Positions 50,497 through 64,000 of a stretch of DNA of 64,000 nt are shown piece after piece. Positions within the stretch are counted from its first letter, which is position 1; each line of letters opens with the position of its first letter. The DNA is from Eledone cirrhosa (taxonomy: Eukaryota): NCBI GenBank assembly GCA_964016885.1, contig OZ024740.1, forward strand, positions 182,962,001 through 183,026,000. The letters are read 5' to 3'. A program made the position numbers and the translations under genes. The notes beneath the pieces are model-generated. The model was not told the origin of the DNA. It did no database searches and saw only the letters and a program-made list of their open reading frames with translations.

Positions 50497-50830
50497 GGAG
50501 GCACTTGACTTAGTGGTTAAAGAATTGGCCTTGCAATCAAAAGGTTGTGAGTTCAATTCTCAGACCGGGTGATGTCTTGTTTCCTTGAGCAAGACGCTTT
50601 ATTTCACATTGCTCCAGTTTACTCAGCTGTAGAAATGAGATTATAGCAACTGGGGTCCATATCATTTCACTGCAAAGTGGCTGTGGAGGTGCCACGGCTA
50701 AAAAGCACCCAGTACTCACTGTAAATGAGGTTGGTGTTAGGAAGGGCATCCAGCTGTAGAAATCAAGCCAGAATCAGTTCCTGTCCCACCCTTGCAAGCA
50801 GGGAAAAGCAGACGTAAAATGATGATGATA
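50119..50830 (+). mobile_element. Two tandem tRNA-derived SINEs with RTE 3' tails
   Basis: Units start at ~50119 and ~50498: A box tggcttagtgg, B box gagttcaattc, ccttgagcaagac body, then a tail matching RTE 3' ends plus (ATG)n. Confidence 0.85.
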
Positions 50831-50837
50831 TATATAT

Positions 50838-50970
50838 AAGTTAAGTTATTCCGGGTTGAATCGGAGGTAACCACAGTAAGTAAGGTACACAATACATAGC
50901 AGAGTATAAAAGTTTTAATATAGATGAGATTCTACCGGACTAGAACTGTTTCATTCTTTAGAAATCATCA
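50838..50970 (-). mobile_element. pLTR-like end with 5'-truncated hammerhead
   Basis: Minus strand (TA)n-TGATGA-tttc taaa gaat-GAAA-cagttctag-TC-cggtag. Homologous to 2736-2848. Confidence 0.6.
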
Positions 50971-53564
50971 TATATATATATGGTTTCTCCTCACCCTGAG
51001 CGGGTACATCTTTTGCCTTTTACTATAGATATGTTTATATATATATATTCATCAACACTGTACAATGTCCACATTCATGGAACAATTGTTAAAAAGATAG
51101 TTTCTGTTGATACCTTTGCCATTAACTACAGGCTGGAACAATTCAGTTTCCTGATATTCATATGGTTCAGCTGTCGCTGGGTGTAAATATATTTAACAAT
51201 TTAAAATGAACCTCTCACATTTGTTAACCTCATCTTAAGTAATAATTTTAGGTAAACCACTTTAGGTTTGGAAACACATAGCTTCCTCTAACCCTATTTA
51301 TGAAACATGTAACTTGTTTTTCTTTATATTTACACCTACTTGATATCTGCTGAGATTCCACTTTGGTAACATTATCTCAAATCTATTTTAATGGATGTTC
51401 GTTTAAACAAATTGAGATTTAATGATTTGTAATTTGATTGATGCTTCGTAAGGAAGTTGAGGGTTTTGTTAGTTTGCCTTTAATAAAATCCAGAAAAATA
51501 ATGGTTCTATTATTGTGTTTTCTAATCTAAAATACTGATTATAAATCAGAAAATCCTTTTTATAATGGATTTGAATATCTTGCTATGCATTGTTATTTAG
51601 CATATTTTTCCCATGTAATTAAATGTAAATGATTTAATACAAATTTAGTTGTGTTGTGAATATAATTTATCAAAAGAGAACAACATTAATGAATATATAT
51701 CGTAAGAAAACAGAGACCTAGACTTGGTAAAAAGATGTAACTTTTAGTTTCCACAAATTCAGACTGGTGTAACTGGAAAATAATCATGTTCGCCAGTCAT
51801 GTATTAGAGATACAAAGCCATTGTGAAAATTATGAAACTTTGATCTAAGTGTTGTAAAACAAACCTATTCAAATTTTCTTTGGAGACGTGGAAAGTATTT
51901 TTTTAAAAATGCAATTTAGTCAAGAAAAAACAAAACCAAAATAATATATTAATTGCTTGTTTTAGATGAAAATCAAAGAATATTGAAATATTATCCCTGC
52001 TATTCATACTCTATTGTCTCAAGCTTGCTAAAAAAATGACTATAATGTTTAATTTCGTTTTTGTTAAACAAAATCGCTTCTAAGCAATTGGTCTTTGTGT
52101 TTTCTATGGCTGTTTGAATTAATCTTTACTGAAGTCATATGTCACCTTTTAATGAATTCCCCAAATTTTGACATCATTGTTTTCTCTGAAAAATATTATA
52201 TCAGTTAATCTTCTTTTATATTTTATTTCCATGCTAGTTAAAGACTGTTTGAACTTAACATAAACTATAGTTCGTTATCGCTTGTTCAAAGTTTCTCTCA
52301 ATAGCAAGATGAAAACAAATTCAATAGGCTTTGTTATTGTACTGGTTGTTTTGAAAGGTAAAAAGTGAAGTTATACATTACAATATTTTTAATATTGTCG
52401 AAGATTTAAATGGCAATTAATGAACAATTCATTTCTTCTGATATCTACTCAGTGTGTGTCTCTTGTTAAGCTCAATTCATTAAAGTAATGAATTAATCAA
52501 TCGAAATTTTAAAAGATCATAGTATTTAAAATGTAAGCTACTCTTATAATAAAAGCATATTGCATAACAGTAAATCCACTCCCCATATTTAATTGCACAC
52601 TTATAAATGAGCCAAGGCATTAAAAATAGAGTTTAATGGAAGTTCCACGATTATAGCAGGATAAAGATGAGATAAGAAACTGTTATATCACGCAAGAATT
52701 AAAATGTTTAATTGTCTATCATATCACTACACAGCTTATAGAATTATTTCTAAAAATTCTCCAATCTCATAAAACAGATATGATTTTCTCATTGCTTATG
52801 GGCATCCTTAGTAATAATGTCAGGAATAAATCTTGTATTGAGTAGTCAGAGAGAAGAATAGTGAAGTGACAGCTAAAATATTTGCTCGAAGCAATTCACT
52901 TGTTCCCAAACAGAGAAATGTATTCAAAAGGATAATAGTAGGCAAAGAATATGATGATTCAGAAAACTGTTGAGATTGATTTCTTTTTTATTTATTCACT
53001 CTTTTCTTTTCATTCATTTACCACCAAAATATATTGAGAGATCAGTTGGAGCCAATAAAGTGGTTTTATGTAATTGCTTGATTTTCAAGACATAACAGTC
53101 AAATCTTCTCCAAATTATACCTTACCACTTTAACCTTTTAAAACACAACCCCTGCTACTGTGGTATCCCAAACCTTGGATGTCTACATGAAAATAAGTGA
53201 AAACAGTTATGCACCTCATTTAAACCTAAAAATATGATTAGTAATATATAAACTTAACAGAAATTACAGCGATGGCTTACCAAAGACCTTAAGCTAAAAC
53301 AACAATGTATGCATATATGCATAGTCCTGTCACTCCTGATTGAGTCATAGGGGTGCTCTAGTGTCGTTCCTAAGACATTTTAAGTTGAAAAACAACTAAG
53401 CTTATTTTCTACTGCTTTACATTTGTTTTCCTTATGCTTGGATGTGCAAGATAATTTTTATTTCAGAAAGTGATTCTACAGTTTCAAGCCACTAAGAAGG
53501 AACCTCTACATAGCCACACAATCAGGTAGAAATAACAATCAAATTGCCCTCATATCCAATCCAA

Positions 53565-53915
53565 CCCAGGACCTTTACATTCCTGTTGGAAGAACCCTTC
53601 CCTGTTTGACCTCCAACACTTTCTGTTTGGTTTTGGTCATGTCAGTGGGTGTAGCCTTACTCACCACGCTTGGCCAATTGCAGGTTGGTGAGGTTAGTTA
53701 ATCCATAGTTGTGGTAGTTGGCCATTGAATCTGAGGAGTTCATCATCTGCCATTTTAACAGCTCTTATTTTCTGTGCTGCTGGGAATCCACTTTCTCTCC
53801 TCACCAGATCTTGGTTTTGTGTGGGAGCCAGTTTACTCCCCAACCACTTGACCATGAACCAGATTATATTAGGTTTACATGGTACCAATAGCAGCCAGAA
53901 GCATGACCTGATCAT
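53565..53915 (-). mobile_element. RTE 5'-UTR-like repeat
   Basis: Homologous to 43482-43795. Confidence 0.55.
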
Positions 53916-55050
53916 TTCACATTGTACTATTTCATAGGGAAGTTCATATATGATAATGTAATCTTAAATATGCTATGTCTGAATAATGACCTGAAAGCAC
54001 CCTTGGTTCTATGATACCAAATTGTGTTCATACATATGTTAAAACCTTCCAACATCATTTCATCTAAGAACGTTTTGTTAAGTTGTGTTTCACAAACCAA
54101 ATTCATAATTAAAAAAAGTTAGTTATTTTACTAAATACTTCGAAATGTACTACTAATTCTAAAATTAACTGAAACATACAGGCCATGTATTATAATAGGA
54201 ATATAGTAAGAAAAGGGATAACAATGAAGGAGTATGCAGAACTTTTGATTCTATCAATATCTGGTAAATTGAAGCAAGAGGAGTTAAGTGCCTTGCTCAA
54301 TGACTCAGTACTGTAGTTGAAACGAACGACTATGTATGTCAATATTTTGATGTCTTGTATCTCATCCAAAATACTTTATCACCTTTTAATGCCCCTTACC
54401 ATATGGAGCTGCATGAGTTTGAAATTCCTCTTCACCTCTAAACTCTCTGGTTAGGTTGTATGTAGTAAAGTTTTGGAATGCTTGTAATTAGGAACAAGTA
54501 CATCATTTATGTATCTAGAACACCCACCCAACTATTTAAATAGGCTTATTCTCTTTAACTTCCTTAACTCTACCACTTAGTCAAACTCACAGGGAGATAT
54601 ATATAAATACACCCGGAGTGAACTACAGTTCCTGGTCATTGGTAAGCCTTTGATCTGCCTGGAAACACTATCTGTTAATGTAATGAATTATTTATTATAA
54701 ACTGGACCACCCATTCGAGTTCATCCCCTGTCTAATTAGTGTACTCTGTGAAACATATTCTAGCCATGAAGCACCTGTCATTTCTAAAGGAAACATACTT
54801 AAGCTTATTTCCGAAAACCAGGTCTATTATTCCACCTACCCATTTCTCAACCAACTCCAATTCCTAACAAGTGTATAGGATGAAGAAGTCCTACACGTGC
54901 ATTGTTTTTATTATGCTTATTCTGCTCAAAATTCATCACTAGTTTATGTTTCTCCTCATATTCATTTCACTATGTGCAAGAACCACATCACACATACCTT
55001 TTAATTACTTCCTTAACACACTTAACCAAAATGAGAAATGAGAAAATGAA

Positions 55051-55089
<39 letters not shown>

Positions 55090-55399
55090 GGCTACAGTCT
55101 TATGTATAACGATTAAAAAAAATGAAAGTGAGGCAGAGAAAAGGAAGGAAGAAGATGAGAGTAATATAGGTATCACATGGTGTAAAGTCTATTTTTACAC
55201 AGATGTTAGAAAGGCTTGTGTGGCTAAGAATATACCAAACATGAATAGAAAAGGTGGAGTGAACAGGACAAATACAACGGACAAAAACAAACAGTCCTTT
55301 CTCATCAGGCAACCTGATAGCAAATCACTATAGTTTCAGTACATTAAGATAAATAACATTCTGTCCAGTGCCCATTGACACACAACACGACAAGAAGAC

Positions 55400-55502
55400 A
55401 TCTACCTTTTATCTAATAATATATGCTGTATTCTATTGTAAATTTTATGTGTATATATATATACACTAGAACACAGCATATATTACCGGATATAAGGTAG
55501 AT
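55400..55502. repeat. Imperfect inverted repeat (~35-bp arms), MITE-like
   Basis: atctaccttttatc..taatatatgctgt..tcta / tagaacacagcatatatta..gatataaggtagat. Confidence 0.55.
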
Positions 55503-58500
55503 TAATTACAGTATTTTATTTAAAAGCCTTTGTTGTGAAAAGTGTGAGCACTTTTAACATAAAAAACATAAGTTATTACCTTTATGCATTTTATATATAT
55601 TAGTCTGCTCATCAGAATATAATTGTTCCAATAGTTGTGGCTACAGGGGTAACTTACTAAAGCATTGCTATATATGTAAAGCAGGATGTAGTATATAACT
55701 GAACTTGTCAGAATCAATTGGGAAGCTATCATCTCATAAGGAGACAATATCTATGTAAAGCAGAAAGGTAATCTCCTGTGTTTTTCTCTGTACAGAGGAA
55801 TATTTCAAAGTATTTACACTTCATTATTTTCACAGCAAAAGTAGAAACAATTATTTTCACAGTTCTAGTGTAAATATATAATTAAAAAACTGATGTTATA
55901 TCAACATTAAATTTACCTTAAATCTGTGCACGTGCGCACACACACACACACATGTACGCACACGTGCACACACACACACACATACATGTATGCAAGGAAA
56001 TTTGTTATTTGCACCAACTATACTCCGTAACCGAAATAAGCTGAAGCAGCAACATATCCATTTTTGTCAACATAATTGAGGCTTTATAAGGTTTACACAT
56101 TAAATGAAACCAACCATTTAATCTTCTTTTTTAATGCTGAACAATTCAATTGCAAATAAAAATTGAATTTGGAAGTTTGATTTCCAACATTTGTGAAGAT
56201 TTGATTAATTGCTAAAATATGTTTGTTATTAAGATGTATAAGTTATGTTAAGGATTCAAAATTTAAGACCAAGTAAAAAAAAAAGCTATTTCCATATCAG
56301 TATATGATCATGGTTTCACCTTTATATTTGTCTCAGTCCAACAAACATATCCAATCTGACATCCCTCAAAAAGGTTTACTAAACTCTGTTCTAAATAGCT
56401 GCACTAAAATTTCAAAATCAAAATGGAAAATTTTAATCAAGGTTAATTTTATTATTCTATCTACTGATAAAGGTTAAAAATCTGTATTTTCCTTTCTGAT
56501 AAACGAAAATTGAAGATCATACCCTTTGATATCAACTCAACTAAATTTGCTCATGTTTCCATGATACAAAACTGCTAATTTTATGTGGGAGCCTTTCTTG
56601 TGTTGTGTTCTAAACACCTGCATAATAATGAAATAGTTGTTTTAAACAATTCCCTTAAAATTATTGATTGTTTTCCAAGTTAATTAAACCATAATCATTG
56701 TAAAAAAGGGTAATAGCCTCTCTTTGGTTACTAATTACCATGGGATATGCAAGTAGAAAGTTATCCTCCAAGGCCCAAGTCTGAGCAAGGTTGTTTGTGG
56801 ATGACCAGCAGTCAGTCATCCATGAATACCTATCACTATGTTCCATGCAATCAATGTTGTCCAAGGGAAAAGCAATGGCCAATACAGCTAGGCACCAGTG
56901 ACATCATAACTCATTTCTATAGCTGGGTGAACTGCCGCAATGTGAAAGTGTCTTGGTCAAGGAAACAACTCATTGCTCGGTCAGGGAATCAAACTCACAA
57001 TTTCATGCTTGTGAATCCAATTCTCCAACCTCCAGGCCACACTCCTTTACTGTATGCATTGTAATTCATTGGAAATATAATAACAAAATGGTTAAGTAAC
57101 TGTGAAGATATTACTCAAGGTTAATTTTATAATGATGTCTATCAGTAAAGGTTAACAATCTACTATTTCTATACAACTATATTACAATTACAAATCAAAA
57201 TTAAAAGTTAAGCAACAGTGAAGTTGTAAATAAAGGTTAATTTCATAATTCTGTCTATTGATAAATGTTAAAAAATTACATTTTCTAGATAACTGTATTA
57301 AAACTTCAGAACTAAAACTGGGGATTAAGTAACAGAGTTAGGCATATGTGCTAAAACATTCAGATTAACAAAACCTCAAATAAATAAACTATTAAAACTG
57401 AAGTTGTTGAGTCCATTCATGCTATACAAACGTCACAACCTGAAGGCAATTTTTCATTTTATTTTCTTAATGGAATGAAGATTGTATTCAAAAATGTTAT
57501 TGCAGCATTTTGGCAAAAATATATCTTAAGTGTTAATGAGGTTGGCTGTTTTATCTGTAGTGAGTTATATATATATTGATTAAAAAATAATAATAATAGA
57601 ATAATAAAAAATACAGATAGATAGAGGTTAGCTTATTATTTGGCCAAGAGCATTATATAACTAGAACTTTACTCCTAATGAACTGTTGGACTGTTTATTT
57701 TTATGAAGCTCATTAGCACAGGTTGATTCTAAAAGCTAGGTTATCGAAAAGGAATATACAGACAAATTATTAAAAATACAAGGTAAATAGAAAAATATAT
57801 TTAGTCATTGTATAAAGCATTATTTTGTCTTCATCATAACAAGCAAATTTAAACTTTACATATGCATGTGCATGTGGGTGGGTGCTGTATGTGTGTGTGA
57901 GTAAATGTATTCAGATTTAGATAAATCTTGTTTATATAAGAACTACATCATGAAAGAATCATTTTAACCATTTAAGAACACTCAAAAACAAATTCATAAT
58001 TTGTTTATTTCTTAATTATGCAATCAATTATGAAGTGTCAAAAAGTTTTGCTATTCTGTTCCTTGTTACTGAAATGAAGCCAGTGTAAGTGACTAGGTTG
58101 CAGAAATGTAACAAATACATATACTTGTATGTTTGGGGGGAATAGGTCTCATATTCTAATAAGACATTTCATTTAAAATATGTTTTTGAGTGTTTTTAAA
58201 TGCCTCAAGTTGTGAACATAGCTCTTCTACAATGTAATTGTTTCAGTTTCAACACTTTCTCAGGTTCCATATGAGTGCAGCTCTTGAAACTTGTTTATAT
58301 ATACTTAACAAATATATTGAAAAGTTGTTACATAAAACTCCATTTAATAACTTTCCTGTAACATGCTACCATAAAAAAGGTATGTGAAGCCAATAATCAT
58401 GAAAATGATAATGTATATTTATGGATGATTTTAAAAATCAAAAACAAATAATTAGAAAAGTCCAAAATATTTGTATATTCTAACAATAACTCATGGCAAG

Positions 58501-58563
58501 AATCATAAAGCAAGAATTAATGTACCCAACATTGGTTCATTGACTAAAAAATAATTTTTCTTC

Positions 58564-58592
58564 TCATAGAACAGTGAAATTGTTGTTGATAT
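58564..58592 (-). CDS. Candidate short alternative terminal exon (xINNNFTVL*)
   Basis: Strong acceptor tgttttctctttcAG at 58593-58594, phase 1, stop TGA. Confidence 0.4.
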
Positions 58593-58811
58593 CTGAAAGA
58601 GAAAACAAACAGAAATGTACTAATTATATCCATCCTGACCTTTTATATATAAAATATGACATTGCCTTCTAAGATTTACACAAATAATGTTTATTTACAG
58701 AAAACGTTAAATAAAGCAATAAGGAAATGAAGAATAGCATAAAAAAAAAACAAAAAAAAAAACAGAAAAGAAATAAAATGAAAGAAGGGGAACGGGGAAG
58801 AGCAAGATAAT

Positions 58812-59044
58812 CTACACCCCAGTCTGAGTGGTATTTCTCAGCTGCTGCATCATGCAGACAAAGTGGTGAAGACATTGCCATGGAGAAGGGTTAGTGACAC
58901 CTGCTGCAACAGCCACTCTGCCATATAGGGCTGCCTCCTTAGGTAGGCTGCCATTTTTGCAATTTTCCAAAGGAAAACGGCAGTTCAGAGACCTAGGACA
59001 CCTGATGTCTTCTGAGTCGTATGAAGAGGATTTAGCTGTGCTTT
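58812..59044 (-). CDS. Candidate terminal exon of unidentified host gene (..QQLRNTTQTGV*)
   Basis: Acceptor tctgtttttttAG, phase 1, ~77 open codons. Locally GC-richer, non-repetitive island. Confidence 0.55.
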
Positions 59045-59559
59045 CTAAAAAAACAGATAACTTCACCTGGACAGAAGATAACACCAATAAAGCATGAATT
59101 TTATATAATATCATTTATATATTCTATTTGTGCCATTGTATGAAGGAAATTAATGTTTAAACTAAATAGTATTTACATGTTAGCCTCGCATTCTGCATCT
59201 GTACTAAAATGAAGTGACTAAAGCTCACACAAACTGACACTGTTATAGAATTATAGAAATAAAAGACTAACAACAAATTGTTCTCCTATTCTTGCATTAT
59301 CCATTTGTCTTATTTCATATCATAGATGCACACACGTAAAAAGAAAATGAGCTAAAAGAAACATTATTGGGTCGATTGACCTGATAGAAAAACAGTCATT
59401 TTAAAAGTGTTTTGTATCACAGAATCAGGGCTATTTCAGGTGATTTAGAATCAAAAGTGTTAATAAGTTCACTTCAGAGTAAAAATTTAAATTCTTCTTT
59501 AACAGTGATGCTAGATCAACATCAAAGAATGGAGCACAGACTTTTTACAAGGTAGCAGA

Positions 59560-59800
59560 AAGTGTTAGAATGAAGCCCTAAATGAAGAAGGGATGCATTC
59601 TGGCCTTAGCTAGAGGGACCTGTTTGAAAATAAATTGCAGTCCCCATCTCATGCTGTAAAAACTGATGACAGGCCTGTGACTTGTTCTGGGAGGCCTGGG
59701 ATGGATGCAGAGACATCACATATCCCAAGACACCAAATAGGCTTTGAAAGGAAGCAAATCATAAACATTGGTACGTGGAACATTCCAAATCTTACAGGTA
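59560..59800 (+). mobile_element. RTE LINE 5' fragment (start of APE endonuclease)
   Basis: INIGTWNIPNL resembles the IGTWNVRTL endonuclease motif. Confidence 0.5.
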
Positions 59801-60475
59801 TGACAGGAATTAGTGAAGAAAGCCAGATGCTACTGGCTAGATATAGTTGGGTTTTTTTCAACAAAGTTCCATGGCTCTTGAACTGTAGATTTAGATGGAG
59901 GATGGAAACTCCACTATTCAGTTGTCACATCAAAAATGACTACACAGGTGGTAGAGCGAATATATTTTTCTGAAAAATTAAATATCATCATTTTACATCA
60001 GCTTTTCCATGTCAGCATTGAAAAATGGAAGAAATATAATCATGATGATGATGAGTTTATTCTGGTAAATAGTCTGCATTTTCTTTGTGGTAAAATTGAA
60101 GTTAAATTCACATAGACATAAATTCATAGCAGCAACCACATGTTGAGTCATTGTGCACTCTCAATGATTAAATAATTCAGAGGAGGTAAGAATGTAATGT
60201 CTAGGTTCATATGTGTGTATCTATTCATATACGTATATATGTGTTGGCATTCTGATTACATGGGGGTACCTTTTAAAAGTTTGGAAAAGAGCTTTTTTAT
60301 TTTACATTTTTCATTGATATGTGAGTGGGTTATTATGATAATTGGTAGGAAGTCTGAGAAAAGTTGGGAAACTATATAAATATATACACACATTTATTAA
60401 ATTAATATGCCTTAATTCTCTCCATTTCAAACACCAGCATTAGCAAACACACGTGTGTGTGTGTGTATATATATT

Positions 60476-60519
<44 letters not shown>

Positions 60520-60871
60520 AAGCCAGAACAGCTGGTCTTTGTTTGGTGCAGTGTTTAGTGCATAACTATAGCTTACATATAACAAATATATTGTAGTCTT
60601 GAGACATAAAATCAAAGGATATTATCAGAGTGTGAAAATAGTGTTCAGTAACTGTAACATAACATTATTGTACTTGAATGTTAACTGGACAGCATCAATT
60701 TGTTTTCTGCTTGTCATATGCTTTTTTTATTCTTTATTCATTCCCTCTTTGTTTGCATATTTTTTCCATCAAAATAATATACAAGTGTATAAATGTATTC
60801 TTTGAAGAAAGGAACGTTTGCACATTAATAAATGAATGGCATTCACATTTAGCTGAATATATGTTTGCTTC

Positions 60872-60913
<42 letters not shown>

Positions 60914-60977
60914 TACATATATACTCATATATATACATATAAACATATATATATACATATATACATATATATATAAC

Positions 60978-61290
60978 AAGCTGAAGCTGAAGCATATAGA
61001 CAATATGCCCCCAAACCCTCCCACTGTAAAGTGGTCATGGAGGTGTCATAAGAAAAAAGCACCCAGCCCACACTATAAAGTGGTTGTGTAGGCACCACGG
61101 AAAAAAGCACCCACCACTCACTGTAAATGAGGTTGGTGTTAAGAAGGGCATCCAGCTGTAGAAATCAAGCCAAAATCAGTTCTCGTATTAGCAAGATAAG
61201 TTCACCCAACCTGACATTTCCCACAACAGGACAACCCATCTAACCCATGCTACTGTGGAAGAAAGGACGTAAAACGGTGATGATGATGAT
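60978..61290 (+). mobile_element. 5'-truncated RTE 3' UTR with (ATG)n tail
   Basis: Reverse complement of 15228-15540 and 8727-9045. Confidence 0.78.
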
Positions 61291-61375
61291 ACACACACAC
61301 ATATACATATGTGCATACATACACACACACATACATATATATACACATACATACACACATATATATATACAAATA

Positions 61376-61880
61376 TGATGGCTGCAACTCAATTTTGAGT
61401 AATGCTATCGCTTGATACATAAGCATGAACATCACGGGTATGGCTTTTTCATCCTGCTAGGAACTTGCCTATGGCCAGCAACACCATGCATCTAAAAAAT
61501 GTCACATCAAGCGATGCCTGTGTTTGGAACGTTTTTAAATGCGGAAAGGCTTTGCATAGGGCCAATCCCACTTTTTGAACATCGAATCGATTTGCCCAAA
61601 AGGAAAAATTGGTTTACAGCATTGGATGCAAACAAAGTCTCAGGTTATATATCAGAGTGGCCTTCTCCTAGAAGAGTAGAAGTCGCTTGCAGCACAAAAA
61701 GAAAAATATCTTGGATAGCCATTTACTCTGCTGCGTACCTCTCTCTTTGTTTTTCATTCCGCAGGGTGTTCAAAATCACCCTCTACAAAAAAAGGCTTGG
61801 TGGGTTTCTGACAAGCCAACCATGCACAGGTTATATTAGGTTACATGTTACCAGTAGCACTGAAGAGCAACCTGACATGT
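61376..61880 (-). mobile_element. Related RTE-derived bipartite retroposon (second subfamily)
   Basis: Shares ttctaggagaagg..actctgatata, agtggga.tggc and the 3' end tactc.aaa..gagttg.cagcca.ca with 49542-50075. Confidence 0.6.
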
Positions 61881-62179
61881 TTGTATACATAGATATATAG
61901 ATACATATATGTATATATATACACACACACATACATACATATAACAAACAAATATTTTATCGCACTGTGGCTGAATACAATAAATGTAATCCGAGTTTTT
62001 CGAATATTAATATTTGTTTCATTTACAAATTCATTTACACCTACTGTTTGGTTGGTTTTCGCTTCTGTATCTTTTATATCAGTTAATTTAATTTATTCGG
62101 TCCTCAATGTTACCATTGACTGACCAACGGTCAAAAATACAGATATAATATAGACACAAACACATATATATAGTCTAAC

Positions 62180-62220
62180 AAAGTTCTTTCGTTGCACATC
62201 TGCAACATTGTCAGTGGTGC
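62180..62220 (-). ncRNA. Degenerate hammerhead-like motif downstream of the PLE ORF
   Basis: CTGACAA-t GTTGCA gatg TGCAAC-GAAA. The core is mutated and stems I and III are poor, but the position fits a PLE pLTR. Confidence 0.35.
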
Positions 62221-62450
62221 TATTATGTTTCCTCCTATTGTATTGTATGCCTACACCATCTTTATTTAATCCGTTTATTTATTTATTTTTGTCTTCTTCT
62301 CTGCGCATGAGTTTGCGTGTGTGGATAGTGTTGACGTGTGTTCACGTTTGGGTGACTGTGTTTGGTTATTGTATTCTATCTTAGTTTACTAGTAGGTGTT
62401 TATGTGTTTGTTGTTACTGTGCTTGTGTATGTATTTATTTATTTATTTAT

Positions 62451-64000
62451 TTATACTTCTCTTAGGTCAGTATTGTTTGTTTGGGTGTTGTTGTTATTCC
62501 ACTCATTTTTTCTGTTTAGCTTTGCGCTTCTAAGTTCTATTTCGCTGGCCTCTCTGATTTGCCTATCTGCTGGGTCATTTCTATGTTTAGATATTATTCT
62601 AATTTCTATGTTGTCTATGTTACCGTCGTGTTGTCTGGCGTGTTCGTATAGTACTGAACCGTTTTTTCGTCCTTTTAGTTCCCCCCAGTATTGGTCTATC
62701 CTTTCACCTATGCTACGAGCTGTCTCGTCTATGTATATTGTTGTCATATTTCTGCAAGTACCCTCTGTACATCTTATGCTATAGACTACGTTTCTAGTTT
62801 TACAGTTTATCCGGGGGTTTACTTTACATATAATACATTTCCTATTAGTACAGTGGGTTTTCTTAAAAGGGTAGATTTTGCTGATTAGAGATTTTATGGT
62901 GGTTCCTGGCTTTTCTACCACCTTAATCTTTAAGTGGGTATATCTCAGGGTCTTTCTACACTGGTTAGCTAATTTCCCTCCAGGGTTAGCGTCAACGAAC
63001 ATGACACTCTGGTATCTCTGGTTGTCGTACCATGAGGTGGCTTTCCCTATCATATGTCTAGTCCCATCTAAGCTATTCCATGATTTGCTCCTGTATAATG
63101 GGAAAATTCCTTTCATGTCCAGTTCTATGAGGGTCTTATACTTATCCGTGGCTCCTTCGTATACTCTGATTCTGTCCCTTTGGTTGTAGCCAGAGAACTG
63201 CATGCGGTTGATGAAGCGTTGGATGTGTCTTTCCATTTCTAGGTAGTCTATTGTTAGGGTGTTTGGAAGGGTAATCGATAGTTACAGTTATACTCTGGTG
63301 TATGGAATTAGCTATCTTCTGAATGCTTTCCATTGTGCTACATTCTAAATCATACTTGTTAGTACTCTCTTGTGGGGATGTCCTTATTGCTATATTGATG
63401 TCATCTACGTAACGAGAGTACATGATGAGGTCTATAGAGCTCTCATCAAGGAGAACTTTGAGTCTCCTTTCCCACCATACCATAAAAAGGTTGGCAACGT
63501 CACCAGCTATGCTGATGCCAATGGCTGCCCCTCATTTTGGGTGTAGATATTCTCGTTGAATTTGAATATGTGGCCCTTTAGGGTAGTTTTAATACTAGCC
63601 CCTATTGCATGTGCGACCATTTTTCTTACCTGATCATTATTTTGGGGGTCCGTATGGCTTTGGTCCACCCAATCCACCTTCCCATGGGAGTCCTTTTAGC
63701 CATTGAGGTTATGGTGGGGGTTCTACCTTTTATGGGTCTACTGGGGCAGAAACGTCTAAGGTCGTGGCTGTCTCGGTAGTCAGTGTCGTAGGTAAGTCTA
63801 AGTAGGAGGCCCATTTCGTCTGTGTCGACGTCGCAGAACTCCACCTCACTCTCAATGATCATCTCCACACATTTTTTCACTGCAAAATCAATATTGATGG
63901 ATGGGTATAGTGACACCACGTCCATACTTCCTATTATGCAGTTGGATAGGTTTTTGTGTTTGTAGCACTCACTGATTCTGCTGAGCAGGTCCTCTCTACT
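62451..64000 (-). mobile_element. Penelope-like retroelement (non-Naiad clade), decayed RT + GIY-YIG, running off the window end
   Basis: MDVVSLYPSI, FKFNENIYTQ..AIG, RYVDDI, DYPS, RMQFSGY, CIIC..C..VVYSIRC..YIDETARS..ER. Frameshifts and an apparent internal deletion near 63240. Confidence 0.88.

Overview
AT-rich, repeat-dominated animal DNA. The SINE/LINE content and (TA)n abundance suggest an octopus-like cephalopod, which is an inference. There is no intact long gene. The window holds decayed Penelope-like retroelements (PLEs: two Naiad-like copies and one of another clade), several RTE LINEs, Dong/R4 elements in (TAA)n, CRE, L1/Tx1 and Tigger remnants, and many SINEs and MITEs. It also has a few candidate host exons: a + strand set, and two alternative terminal exons on the - strand. 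The main signal is RNA-level. About a dozen type I hammerhead ribozyme (HHR) motifs from several families sit in (TA)n tracts. Two tandem arrays (3712-4569 and 19880-21034) of a ~465-bp non-coding unit carry one minimal HHR per unit, a covarying hairpin and a shared 3' end, consistent with a circRNA-producing non-LTR retrozyme. Several long palindromes are fold-back copies of HHR-bearing element ends. All calls were made by eye and boundaries are approximate.
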